Of a stretch of 40,307 nucleotides of DNA, positions 11,630 through 23,572 are shown one piece after another. The notes under the pieces are model-generated. The model was not told the origin of the DNA, searched no databases, and worked only from the letters and a program-made list of their open reading frames with translations. The stretch is from Octopus sinensis (taxonomy: Eukaryota). The position numbers and the translations under genes were made by a program. Position 1 is the stretch's first letter. Each line of letters opens with the position of its first letter. The stretch is from NCBI RefSeq assembly GCF_006345805.1, contig NW_021835353.1, positions 1-40,307 of the forward strand, in the 5' to 3' direction.

Positions 11630-12288
11630 TAGGAGAGAGTGGGGAGAGAGACACAATATACTGATCGATGAGAGAGAGACACTATACTGATTGAAATCGA
11701 GAAGAAAAGAGAAAGCGAGAAAGAGAGAGTGAGAGAGAAGAAGAAAGATGTCAAACATTGTTACCCATAATTCCATTCCTCCCGTGCTGCTCCTTTCTTT
11801 GCACTCACTACGCTCTCCCTCTCTCAACATATCGTAACCACATAATTTGTTCCTCGCAGCTCCTCCGCCCACCACGTCTCCTCATTTAACCTCACTCCCC
11901 CCCACCACCGTCATCTTACCTCTCTCTCAGCCCACTACCACCAACATCATCCATCCCTGATCATTAAGCGACGGCCGTCGTTTCCAGTTAATTGCCTTGG
12001 CAGCCGGAATAAATGAGGGACCATCGTTGATGGTGATAAATGTATGCCGAAGGAGAAATGCAGAGTTCAGGTGAAAGCCGAAAAAAGAAAGAAAAAAAAA
12101 AGATCAGAAAAAGAAAACAAAAAGAAAGAACAACAAAAATAGGTTGGGAGGTGAGTAAAATTGCAGTCGGAAAATGGCGGAATGATTCGAAACAAGTCGA
12201 AAGTGGAAACTCACGAGAAGCAAAAGTTAAATCGGCTCGGTGGTTTGAGAGACATCACAATAGGAACACATCAAGGTGTATGTTTAAG

Positions 12289-12383
<95 letters not shown>

Positions 12384-12470
12384 CGCTAGCTACCTTGCCA
12401 TGTAGCTCTCTTTGTATATGCCAATCTTTTCAACAATCTGTCTGTCCATCCGTCTGTCTTTTCTACCTGA

Positions 12471-12542
<72 letters not shown>

Positions 12543-12759
12543 TATTTGCGCCTCCTTCTCTTTCCCTCTCCCCACCACACAAACATGACTTGGCTGTGCC
12601 ATTAAAATGTTCGTTCCGTATCTACCCGGTTTTGTGCACCATCTTGGGTAAATATCTTTTACCATAGTTTCGAATAGACCAGTAGTCAATCAGAGGCATT
12701 TGGCAGACGCTTTCTGTGCGGGAATCGGTAGTGTGTGTGTGTGTGTGTGTGTGTGTGCA

Positions 12760-13217
12760 AGAAAACGTCCAAGACTGGGTGCCTGTCACCTAGAATATCA
12801 CTCACAGCCCTCTGCCAATCGGAGAGTGGGATCGGTATATGCTCCGCTTTAACGATTTATAGAGGATTAGTGACGGGCAACTGTGATGTCGTTCTCGGGG
12901 AGGCTCTTGGCGTCGGCAAAAACGAACTGGCCAGTCTGTTCCGGAGAATTTTCCAGTCGGGAACTATCATGGACAATTTCCAGATGTCTTTGGCCTGGCA
13001 GTGCTACCGGGGGAAGCTACCGATTCGAGATAATCTTTACAGGCACGGATGTGCTGTCAGACAAGCTTGTCTGAAGTGCACGCAGAATGACGAAACCGTT
13101 CTGCATGCATTCGTTCAGTGCGTGGGAATTGCTGACTTGTGGGGTTATGTTGAGCAGCTGCTGTCACGTGTAGGACGGATCCGTCTACCGGCCGAGTCCT
13201 TAGTTATGATTGCCCCG
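12760..13217 (+). mobile_element. Tx1-like LINE ORF2 C-terminal (CCHC) fragment, diverged subfamily
   Basis: MDNFQMSLAWQCYRGKLPIRD..CLKCTQNDETVLHAFVQC parallels 14108-14350 but is clearly diverged. Confidence 0.8.
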
Positions 13218-14901
13218 CGAGAACTGGGATGCGGGACGAGCGTGTCTGCATACGCGGACGACGTCATAGTGTCTAGCCACGAGCACATCGAGCTGGTCAG
13301 CGAGACACTGAAAGACTACGAAACGGTGACAGGAGCGAAAATCAACCGGGAAAAGTCAGTGGGCTTGCGGCTCGGCACCTGGAGAATCGAGCTCATGCCG
13401 TCCACCAGCGCCTCCGTCGTGGGACGCTGAACGGACGGCCCGGTCGAGTTGCTCGGGGTCTGGTTCGGTCCGGACCTCCAAATGGAGAAGAACTGGAACG
13501 AGATAACGAGTAGGGTGGTCACTCTCGCCTGGCAATGGGCCGATAAGAAACTGTCCCTAAAAGGTTGGGCGGAGGTGGCGAACACGTACATCACGTCCAT
13601 TATCTACTACCGCCTGACCGTCGTACCTTGTCCCGACCCTACCATCACCAAACTATAACGCATTCTCTTCCGCTTCTTGTGGAAAGGATGCGTCCCGATG
13701 GTCAGGCGATCCATTTCCTGTCAACACTCGTTTAAAGGAGGGCTGGGCATGCCGTGGTTGGTGATGCGCAGACACGCGCTGAGACTGCGACATCACCTCC
13801 TCTATGTAGTGGACGGTAAACAGGTGTGGTCGCCGTTTGTAAGGCACGCCTTCCCGCAGCTCGTCTCCATGACCGAACTGCAGTCGTGGATCAAAAAGAG
13901 GCCGAGGAAGGGCGAATGGCACCGCAAGTGTCGCGTTGCTCTCAAGTACCTATGCCGTCCCGGGTCGACCTTGAGTGACTTCAACACAACCAAAGCATTC
14001 TATAGGGGATTAGTGGAGGGGAGGTACGACGACGATCTTGGGGCGAACTTGGGCGTGACGAGGAATACCCGCCCCGCCTTTTTGAGACGACTTTCGAGCC
14101 GGGACCTATGGACAACTTCCAGAGATCCCTGGCCTGGCAGTGCTACCGAGAAGCGCTACCCGTTCGAGATAAGCTCAATAGGCATGGCTCGAGAAACACG
14201 GGGCCGACCTGCCCGAGATGCGACCAGAGCGACGAAACCGTTCTGCACGCAATCGTGCAGTGTCCAACAATCTCCGACCTGTGGATTTATGTCGAACGAC
14301 TGCTGTCACGTGTGGGACGAGTCGGTTTATCAGCCGTGTCTATCGTTAATATCGTCACGCCTCTTTCCTTCAAACGGGAAGGAAGAGCTATTTTCATCAT
14401 CCTTGTGGCTATGGCGAAAGAATGTATCTGGTGGACGCGTCTGAAAGGATTGGAGACAAACACTTTCCTCTCTGGTCAATCTCTCATCAACTTCTTCAAG
14501 TATCACTAGAAAAGGAAAGTGAGAGTAGAGAGACAAGTTTTGTATTGTGAATGTTTTAAAAAAAGATGGGTGAATGTAGCAAGGATGGCACGTATGAATG
14601 ACGAAGCCACCTTGACTATGATCCTATGAACGTTAAAAATTTAATACAGAGAGTTACTTATTTGTAAAAAAAATGTAACATGTGACTTCATTGACCGAGG
14701 TTACCGTGGTCTTTTCCGTAGGCTTTTCTTTCCACGGGTAAACCTCCCCTGTCTCCTCCTTACACTTTATATTGACTTTTCTGTGATAACGATCCCTTTT
14801 GATCGAAAACCAACCCCACTTTTTTATCCCCAAAAGAAAAGCTCTACATTGTAATTTGTCCCGTCTGTGTGCAGCCCTGTGTGGCTAATAAAGAAACATA
14901 T
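13218..14901 (+). mobile_element. Tx1-like LINE, 5'-truncated within RT, through the 3' end
   Basis: SAYADDV, GAKINREKS, LGVWFG, GGLGMP, CPRCDQSDETVLHAIVQC. Stops at 13428, 13656 and 14507, plus a frameshift near 14060. The 3'UTR ends AATAAAGAAACATA. Clade call comes from motif style. Confidence 0.8.
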
Positions 14902-14914
14902 TATTTTTATACTT

Positions 14915-15178
14915 AAGGTTGTGGGCTGACAGAATCGTTTGCATCCTGGGCGAAATGCTTCGCGGCATTTCGTCCATCGCTATGTTCTAAGTTCAAATTT
15001 CACCGAGGTGGACTTTGCCTTTCACCCTTTCGGGGTCGATAAATTGAGTACTAGTTGAATACTGGGGTCGATGTGATCCATTTACTCCTTCCCCACAAAA
15101 TCCAGGCCTTGTACTTATAGTAGAAAGGGTTATTATTATTATTATTATTATTATATTATTATTATTATTATTATTATT
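14915..15178 (+). mobile_element. SINE family A variant with (TTA)n tail
   Basis: Family A head and body, then ..AGTAGAAAGG(TTA)n. Confidence 0.8.
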
Positions 15179-15676
15179 GAGTGAAAGAGCAGTGCATGCC
15201 ATCAAAGTGACACTGGGGTAAAATATACGAAGGCCAGTATACCCATCATGACTACCCGTCTGATAAGGGTACACTAGGTACATGCATCACAACCATATGT
15301 GCGCGACATGGTGATCTCATATCAAGATAAACAGCACATGACCTTGCAGATGGGGCTCAATTAGAATTTTCTTCAGGTCGAGTAGCCCATCCCGCTCAAA
15401 AGGTCCCTGAATAAGGGTTGTTTAAGAATGTTGAACGAAACATCCATGTTTCCAGAAGTGAATTATTCAAACCCCAAAGAATCCCTCTCAACACATGGCT
15501 ATGATGCTCCCCCACTACTTCTGCTCGTGATCAGAGATGCACATATCGTCAGCCACTAAGGGACATGGTTAACTGGTTAAGGTCAAACAACTGACAAGCA
15601 AATCTGTGGTATTGAGCAGAATATTTGCTGTTGCCCATGCTTTATACCAAGACAAAACAATGTACATGATAGCACT
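15179..15676. mobile_element. Unclassified 500-bp non-coding insert bounded by (TAA)n on both sides
   Basis: Sharp borders against TTA tracts at 15131-15178 and 15681-15775. No informative ORF. Confidence 0.45.
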
Positions 15677-15691
15677 TTTATCATTATTATA

Positions 15692-15753
<62 letters not shown>

Positions 15754-15775
15754 GTTATTATTATTATTATTATTC

Positions 15776-18700
15776 TATGTTTGACTTTTGCTTTATATTT
15801 GTACAAGTTGGCTCCAAGTCTCACCCAGAGACCTCAAGAGACAACAGGGTTGGAAGTTCATGTTGTTGTTATGCCTAGTGTGCCATATATTTGGGGGGTG
15901 GGGATGTTGTACTAATGAATGTCTAAAAAAAAAAAAAGTTTTTTTTTTTTTTTTTTTTTTTAAACCGAAAATTATGGTTGTTTTAAACCTTGAGGTTACA
16001 TAGAGAGTATTTTGCGTAGGATATGAGCAGTTCCCATGAGCACTATCTTTTGAACTTCTGCCATTTTTGGGTTTCCTGGTATCTGAGTTAGGTAGCTATC
16101 AGCCCCTTTTGCTATCATTCCCAGGGCACCTATGACAACAGGTATTGTTTTAGTCTTCAGCTTCCACATTTTGCTGATTTCTATTTCAAGATCTTTATAT
16201 TTGCTCAGTTTTTGGTAGGTCCTGACAGATACGTTTATATCGATTGGGACAGTCATATCAATGAGGAGGCATGTTCTTTGTTTGAAGTCTTTCAATATGA
16301 TGTCTGGCCTATTTGCATCTATCTTCCTGTCAGTTTGAATGGTGAAGTTCCAGAGGAGTGAGATGTGGTCATTTTCAAGCACTGGGGGTGGTTTGTGTTC
16401 CCACCAGTTTTTTTCATGGGGCAAATCCAGGTTTTTACAGATTACCCAGTGAATATATTGTGCAGCTCTATCGTGCCTGTTGAGATACTCTGTAGGCGCT
16501 AGAAGACTGCACTTGGAGACCACATGGTCAATGGTTTCATTTTGTTGCTTGCATACACGACACGTTGGACTGCTTCTGATCTTTAATATGTTGGCCTGGT
16601 AGTTTCTTGTTGGTAGGCATTGATCTTGAGCTGCTATGATAAACCCCTCTGTTTCAGATTTTAAGCCAGAGGCCATTAGCCATTGATGGGTCAGGGCTTT
16701 GTCGATATCTGCATTATTCGCTCTCTTTGGGTATTTGCCATAGAGAGGTTTTTCTTGCCATTTATTATTCAGAATATCTAAGGCCGCAGTTTTGGCACGG
16801 GTTTTCATGCGCCTAGCTTTTTCTGTGCTTGTTTCTTGTATGTCTATCTCTAATTCCGAAATTGGTTGTATTCGGAATTCACTTAGATATTCCTTTGCCT
16901 GTTTTGTGACTGAGTATGATGCTTTCTTGTTTTCATGTTTTGAGACAAGTTTTAACATCCAGTCCTCAGAGTTTTTCAGGTAGGTGTCTAGGCCAATTGT
17001 AGCAATCTTCATTGTTATTGCCAGTTGCAAAAGACCACGGCCTCCCTCTTTTCTTGGCAGATAGAGTCGTTCTGTATCTGCCTTAGGGTGGTGCATTCTA
17101 TGCATTGTCAACAGTTTCCTTATTTTTCTGTCGAGCTGACATATTTCAGTAATTGACCAGTTAACAGTATTGAATCTGTAAGTCACGACTGGTATAGCTA
17201 ATGCATTGATTGCTTCGATCCTGTTTCTTGCATTCAGCTCTGTCTTGAGTATTGCTCTCACTCTTCGATAGCATTCTCTCCTGATCCTTTCCTTCATCTC
17301 TGAATGCCTTATTCCGTTCCCTTCAATTACCCCTAGGTACTTGTAGCTCTCCGCTGGGTCTAGTTCTTTTATGACATTCTGTTGGTCAAGGTTAACGTTA
17401 GATGTTTCTGTCATTTTTCCTTTGATAAAGGTAGCCTTTGCACATTTATCGAGGCCGAATTGCATTCTGATGTCGTCACTGAATTGTTTGACTATCGCTA
17501 GTAAGCCCTTGAGTTGTTGATCATTTTTTGCAAAAAGCTTTAAATCATCCATGTAAACGAGATGATTTATATTTTTATCAAACATTTTATACCCGTACTG
17601 CGCGTCATTGAGCAGCTTTGAGAGAGGTATTAAGGATAAACAAAAGAGGAGTGGTGACAGTGAGTCACCCTGGAAAATGCCACACGAAATTTTTACATCA
17701 CCAGCATTTAGGGATTCACTGTCACTGTTCAGAGTTAGTGTGGTTCTCCATGATCTCATACTTACAGTCAAGAAGTTTCGCAGAGTTGGTGCTATCTTAT
17801 ACATTTCAAGGCATTTCCTAATCCAGCTATGTGGTAGGCTATCAAAAGCCTTTTTATAGTCTATCCAGGCTATTGATAAGTTTTTGTGTCGTTTGTGACA
17901 ATCTTCTAAGATCATCTTATTGATGAGTAGTTGGTCTTTACAGCCGTAGGATCCACGTTTACATCCTTTCTGTTCATTAGGGAATATGCTGCTGTCTGTT
18001 AAAAAACTATAGGTATATTCCGTCAGGACAGATGTTAGTGTTTTGTACATAGTTGTTAAGCAGTTATGGGTCTATAGTTTTTTGGTTCATTTGTTTCTTC
18101 ACTTTTTGGAAGCAGGAATGTTAACCCATTAACTAGCCAAGGAGGCATCCTACTAGGGTGTTGCAAAACATCATTGTACAGTTCTGTTAGCAGTTCATGG
18201 CTCTCTGGGAAGGCATTCAGCCAGAAGTTAGGAATTTTATCCTTTCCTGGAGACTTCCATTTGCTTGACCTCCTGAGAGCAGATCTTATATCTTCTACCT
18301 TGACACCCTCCCACTTTTGCTCTTCTAAGGGGTCCAGTTCTGTAGATATTCTGTCAATCCAGGGGGCCTTTTCGTTGTGTGTTTTTTCTTCTGCCCAGAT
18401 TTTATTCCAAAATCTCTGCACTTTTTCTTTTGATGGTACAGACCCTGCAGTAAACGCTGTTTTTCTATCTTCCTGTAAAAATTCTTGGTGTTATTTTTGA
18501 ACATGTTGTTGTCCTTGAAAAATCTAACACGCTTTTCATACCTCGCTATGCGGGCAGCTTTGGCAGATACCTTTTGTTTGATGGTTTCTATGGTGGCATC
18601 AATATCAAGTATAGTTTTCATATTGTATTTTTTCAGTAATTTTTGGGTTTTTGTAGGTTTGGTAGTCTTGTGAGCCTTAAGGTTTTTCAAATATTCAATG

Positions 18701-19477
18701 TCAGATCTAAATACTTTAATTTGTTGTTGCAGACGCTCTTGCCAAGAAGGCTTTTTGTGGGACTGTTGCCGTTTTCTAATCTTTACACCACATAGGATCG
18801 TTGAGATTTTCGCGGATGCATAGTATAGGTGGTTGAGGTTTGTGATATCAACATCATTAACTGAAATTATATCCTTAAGTGCAAGCCGGATTTTACCAAT
18901 TATTTTCATGTTTTGGTTAGAGTTGCGGATTTTAGGAAGTGTATCACGCTCATCCATGCTGGTTTCTTTAATTTTCAGCCATTCAATCATGATTGATTTT
19001 TTAGCTCATGTAGTTCTGTTGGGTCAATATTTGTGTGACTTTCTTTATCTATTTGATGCTCATCTGTCTTAGTGTTTATGATTGGTTCAGGGCGTATTTC
19101 ACTTTGCCTATCACTTATACTAACTCTTTCAATCCTCTCTTCGTTTTTATCCGCCCTGGGCTGGTCTATAATCATTTCCTCTGTATTATCTTCTCTAGCT
19201 GCAGCTTCGTTCATTTTATCCGATATTGCTTGTCTAACCTGATCAATCTCTACTTCAGTCAGTAATTTCTTTTTTATAATGTTTCTTCTAACATTGGCAA
19301 GCTTGTTACTGTCTATGTAGGGTCTTACTTCAGGGTGTTTCTGTCTCCAGTTTAAGTATGCTTGTACAGTGCTAGACTTATCTGTGGGGAAATATATGGC
19401 ATGGTAGAAGGCCTCAAGAACTTCTTTATTATCTTCCCTAGACCATTTTTCCTTCTTTTTCTTTTGATTATTTGGTG
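15776..19477 (-). mobile_element. R4/Dong-clade non-LTR retrotransposon (RT plus restriction-like endonuclease), near full length, in (TAA)n
   Basis: Single long ORF with three frameshifts. A 220-nt 3'UTR ends ..GTCAAACATAGA(ATA)n. TAA repeats lie on both sides, matching the known TAA-microsatellite targeting of Dong elements. Confidence 0.9.
15996..19475 (-). pseudogene. R4/Dong polyprotein, about 1160 codons after three single-base corrections
   Basis: N-terminal KWSREDNKEVLEAFYHA; KSPGKDKIPNFWL; NYRPIT; WIDYKKAFDS; GIFQGDSLSP; YMDDLKL; CRVCKQQNETIDHVVSKC (CCHC); RPDIILKD..IDMTVP..KYKDL (PD-D/K nuclease). No in-frame stops; start codon missing. Confidence 0.92.
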
Positions 19478-19555
19478 ATTATTATTATTATTATTATTAT
19501 TATCTTCCCTAGACCATTTTTCCTTCTTTTTCTTTTGATTATTTGGTGATTATTA

Positions 19556-19616
<61 letters not shown>

Positions 19617-19627
19617 ATAATAATAAC

Positions 19628-19857
19628 TAAGGCGGCAAGCTAGCAGAATCGTTAGCACGCTGGACGAAATACTTAGCGGTATCTCGTTGGTCGCTACGTT
19701 CTTTCAAATTCCGCCAAGGTCGACATTGCCTTTCATTCTTTCAGGGTCGATAAAATAAATACCAGTGAAACACTGGAGTCAATGTAAATGACTAGTCCCC
19801 TTCCCACAAAATTGTAGAGCTTGCGCAATTAGTAGAAATGATTATTATTATTATTAC
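19628..19857 (+). mobile_element. SINE family A variant with (TTA)n tail
   Basis: GGCGGCAAGCTAGCAGAATCGTTAGC head; same tail as 14915-15178. Confidence 0.85.
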
Positions 19858-20217
19858 TTAGGCGGCGAGCTGACAGATTCGTTAGCACGCCGGGAAAAAT
19901 GCTTCGTCTTAACATTCTGAGGATGAAAGGCGAAGTCGACCTCGGCGGAATTTAAACTCAGAACGTAAAGGCAGACGAAATACCTATTTCTTTACTACCC
20001 ACAAGGGGCTAAACACAGAGAGGACAAACAAGGACAGGCAAATGGATTAAGTCGATTATACCGACCCCAGTGCGTAACAGGTACTTATTTAATCGACCCC
20101 GAAAGGATGAAAGGCAAAGTCGACCTCGGCGGAATTCGAACTCAGAACGTAACGGCAGACGAAATACCGCTGAGCATTTCGCCGGGCGTGCTAACGATTC
20201 TGCCAGCTCGCCGCCTT
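19858..20217. mobile_element. Composite SINE family A: plus-strand head, inverted internal piece, full minus-strand copy
   Basis: 19861-19921 plus-strand head; 19920-19984 minus-strand internal segment; 19982-20217 full minus-strand copy. Confidence 0.85.
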
Positions 20218-20240
20218 GTAGATTTTATTGTTGTTATTCA

Positions 20241-20580
20241 AGGGTAAAGTGTAAAGTATAAAGACCCCTTTCGGTCGTGGATGACCATGGGATTGCACAA
20301 AGAAATTGCCCCTCCGAGTCTCGGGTCCAGGTAAGGTTGTTTATGGAAGACTAGCAGTCGCCCATGCATACTAGCCTCCCGTCTCTGCGCCACCGATTTT
20401 ATCCGAGGGAAACGCAAAGACTGATCCAGCTTGGCACCGATGAGGTCGCTACTCATTTCTACAGCTGAGTTAACTGGAGCAACGTGAAATAAAGTGTCTT
20501 GCTCAAGAGTACAATACGCAGCCCGGTCCGGGAATCGAATTCACTATCTCGTGATAGTGAGCCCGACGCTCATACCATTG
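20241..20580 (-). mobile_element. tRNA-derived SINE, family C (central GTTGTACTCTTGAGCAAGACACTTTATTTCAC, CORE/Meta-like domain), (TTTAC)-like tail
   Basis: Collinear with 39758-40092, 31012-31340 and 37686-37902. Confidence 0.85.
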
Positions 20581-20875
20581 CTGTTTTATATTACGTGTAT
20601 TGTATTATTTCATTACTTTTTTTTTGTCGCTATATGATAAATAATTGCCCATTAATCATTTCTGCTACATAGAGATATATACACACACATGCATAATGAT
20701 TCTATACAAAATGTGAGAAATACACACACACACACACACACATATATATATGTATAGATATTATAAATATAATTATATGCATATTATATATTAACATATA
20801 TATATATGTTAATAAGTATCCACTTCATCATACGTCTCACACACATGCAATGCATACATACATACATACGTACAT

Positions 20876-20906
<31 letters not shown>

Positions 20907-21229
20907 TATATATATATAGATACACAGTAAACACCTATCTATTTATCTATCTATCTGTATACTTACGTATTCATTCAAACACACACGCACAGACGCACAT
21001 ATACGTGCATATACGTACAGACAAGTATATATATATATATATTATATATATATATATATATTATATATATATATATATGTATGTATGTATGTATGTGTAA
21101 GTATGTATATATATAAATATGTATATATATATGTATTTGTGTATATATATATATATATATGCGTGTGTGTGTGTGTGTGCATGTGTGTGTATACATGTAT
21201 ATGTGTATATTAATTACGCATATACCCAG

Positions 21230-21387
21230 TCAAAAATTTATATGTCTGATGTGAAGTGGTAAAATACATATTTTAGCGTCGAATTTATGCGAAATGTTTC
21301 AATTGCATGTAGAGTCGGAACGGAATACTACCATTAGCACTTATCAATTTTCTAGAGGGCCCGTCCAACAACGGGCAACATTTCTAG
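21230..21387 (+). mobile_element. Helitron-like 3' end
   Basis: Hairpin GCCCGT-CCAACA-ACGGGC (21359-21376), then CTAG at 21384-21387. The next base is C rather than the usual T, and the 5' end is not defined. Confidence 0.5.
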
Positions 21388-21457
21388 CATCAATAAATAA
21401 ACAGTATATGCTTGTGGCAATATATATACATGATATATATATATATATATAATATAT

Positions 21458-21490
<33 letters not shown>

Positions 21491-21537
21491 GTATATACAT
21501 ACATACATACATACATACATACATACATAATACATAC

Positions 21538-21569
<32 letters not shown>

Positions 21570-21720
21570 GTATAGGTATATAAAAACATGAGCGGCGCAC
21601 GTGTACACACGCACATAAAGAGGCAGAGAGACACATATATCTTGTTTAACTCGCCGCACGTGGCTTGGTGTTACTCTAGCCTACTTCCATTTCTGTTCAC
21701 ATCGCCATAATCATCAAAAT

Positions 21721-21742
21721 CGTCTTTGCTGTCACCACCACC

Positions 21743-21776
<34 letters not shown>

Positions 21777-21900
21777 TCATACTCCTCCTTCTCCTCCTCC
21801 TCTTCTTTTTCCTCTTCCTCTTCTTCCTCCTCCTCCTCCTCCTCCTCCTCCTACTACTACTACTACTACTACTAGTACTACTACTACTACTACAACAATA
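21721..21900. repeat. Compound trinucleotide tract (CAC)n(CAT)n(CTC/CTT)n(CTA)n
   Basis: Direct inspection. Confidence 0.95.
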
Positions 21901-23196
21901 ATATAACATGTATACCTTCCTTCATAGTAGCCATCACAACAGTAATCTTTCAGTAGTTAACTTCACAGATATCGCTTTAGATTAAGATACACTTATAAAC
22001 TTTCCCCTTATCGGATTCCTAACAAATAGTTACTTTATATTAGAGAGAGTTCTAACTATTCGTCTTAATGCTCTCCGAAATTTAGTCCCTAATAAATTGT
22101 AAGTAAATCTCATATTTATCTTCGAATAAAGTCACTTTTACAAAAGACTCGTATTTCTAGAATGGAATAGGCAATCGTAACGGATATTAAGTTAGATTAC
22201 AATAATCCAGACCTTTAGCTTCACGATAGAACAAAAAACAAAACAAAAAAAACCCAAAATCATAGAAGTATGAAAATTCTGTGATATAATCCGAACGAAT
22301 ATAATCAAAGAATTCCTTAATGTGATCTGGCTTAATTCCACTATGTCTCATATATATTACAAAATCTTTAATATAAATTATATTAGTACTCTGCATTTGT
22401 GAAAATATTACTAGTTATATCAGCTCAGTTAATGTGAAGCAGCCGTTCAGTAATAATGATTTCATCGCTGTGATTGTAACTGTATTATCTCTAGAAGCTG
22501 TTCCCTCAGTTTCACTATTTCTTTAGTATACTAAGATAGTATAGAATAATACTTCTAAATAAAAATAGTATGTCCTTGTGATGGGGAATTAATTCAAGAC
22601 AGATTATTACTCGTACAAGCAATCATATGTTAATATGTTAATCCTAACAGAAGGTTTTCAACAGGCTTCTCCATATGTATTTTGAGATTGAAAAAAAAAA
22701 AAAAAAAACCTGTGACAATACTTTTAAAATATTTTGATCCATTCTTGCTTTCAAACTTGGTAACAATAGAAATAAACTCAATTGCCATCATTGTTAAACA
22801 GAAGTGCTCATATTATTGCAAGGAAGACTTCTTGAACGTAAAACCGAAACTGCTTGGTACTTATTAGCACTGGACAAGGCTTACTTCGTTATAAATCAAC
22901 CAAATCACTTGTAATATTTTGAGAAAATTGAGATTGGACGATATTTTAAATGTTTTAATATTCTCCCGACATTTCATTTATTTTTCACTTTCTCTCTATC
23001 GCCTCCTTAACTTTTCGTTTCTTCATTTAATTTCTTTCAATTCCATTCTTATCTTCATTCCATTCTATCTTTTCCCTTCTTTCTCTCTTGTGTTCGTTGT
23101 TTTAATAACACAATATTATTAATCAAATGAACCACCGTAGTATTTCGAAAAAGCTAAAATCCGGGCATATTTTTACTGCTTGGTATTACTTTATTT

Positions 23197-23572
23197 GTGG
23201 AAGCGCAATGGCCCAGTGGTTAGGGCAGCGGACTCGCGGTCATAGGATTGCGGTTTCGAGTCCCAGACCAGGCGTTGTGAGTGTTTATTAAGCGAAAACA
23301 CCCAAAGCTCCACGAAGCTCTGGCAGGGGGTGGGGTGGTGTACTCTTTCACCACAACTTTCTCTCACTCTTTCTTCCCGTTTCTGTTGTACCTGTATTTC
23401 AAAGGGCCAGCCTTGTCGCACTCTATGTCACGCTGAATCTCCCCAAGAACTACGTTAAGGGTACACGTGTCTGTGGAGTGCTCAACCACTTGCACGTTAA
23501 TTTCACGAGCAGGCTGTTCCGTTGATCGCTTCAACTGGAACCCTCGTCGTCGTAACCGACGGAGTACCAACA
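23197..23572 (+). mobile_element. tRNA-derived SINE, family D
   Basis: A box TGGCCCAGTGG and B-box-like GTTTCGAGTCCC. A fragment of the same body lies in reverse at 26716-26793. Confidence 0.8.

Noticed and set aside
15490-15556. Minus-strand CTGACGA with a downstream GAAG in the 500-bp orphan; also checked for an HDV-like fold
   Set aside because: No GAAA box or consistent stems; I could not build a convincing ribozyme fold by eye.
23197-23275. tRNA-like A and B boxes here and at 39758-39830
   Set aside because: These are SINE heads followed by SINE bodies, without a complete cloverleaf; not tRNA genes.
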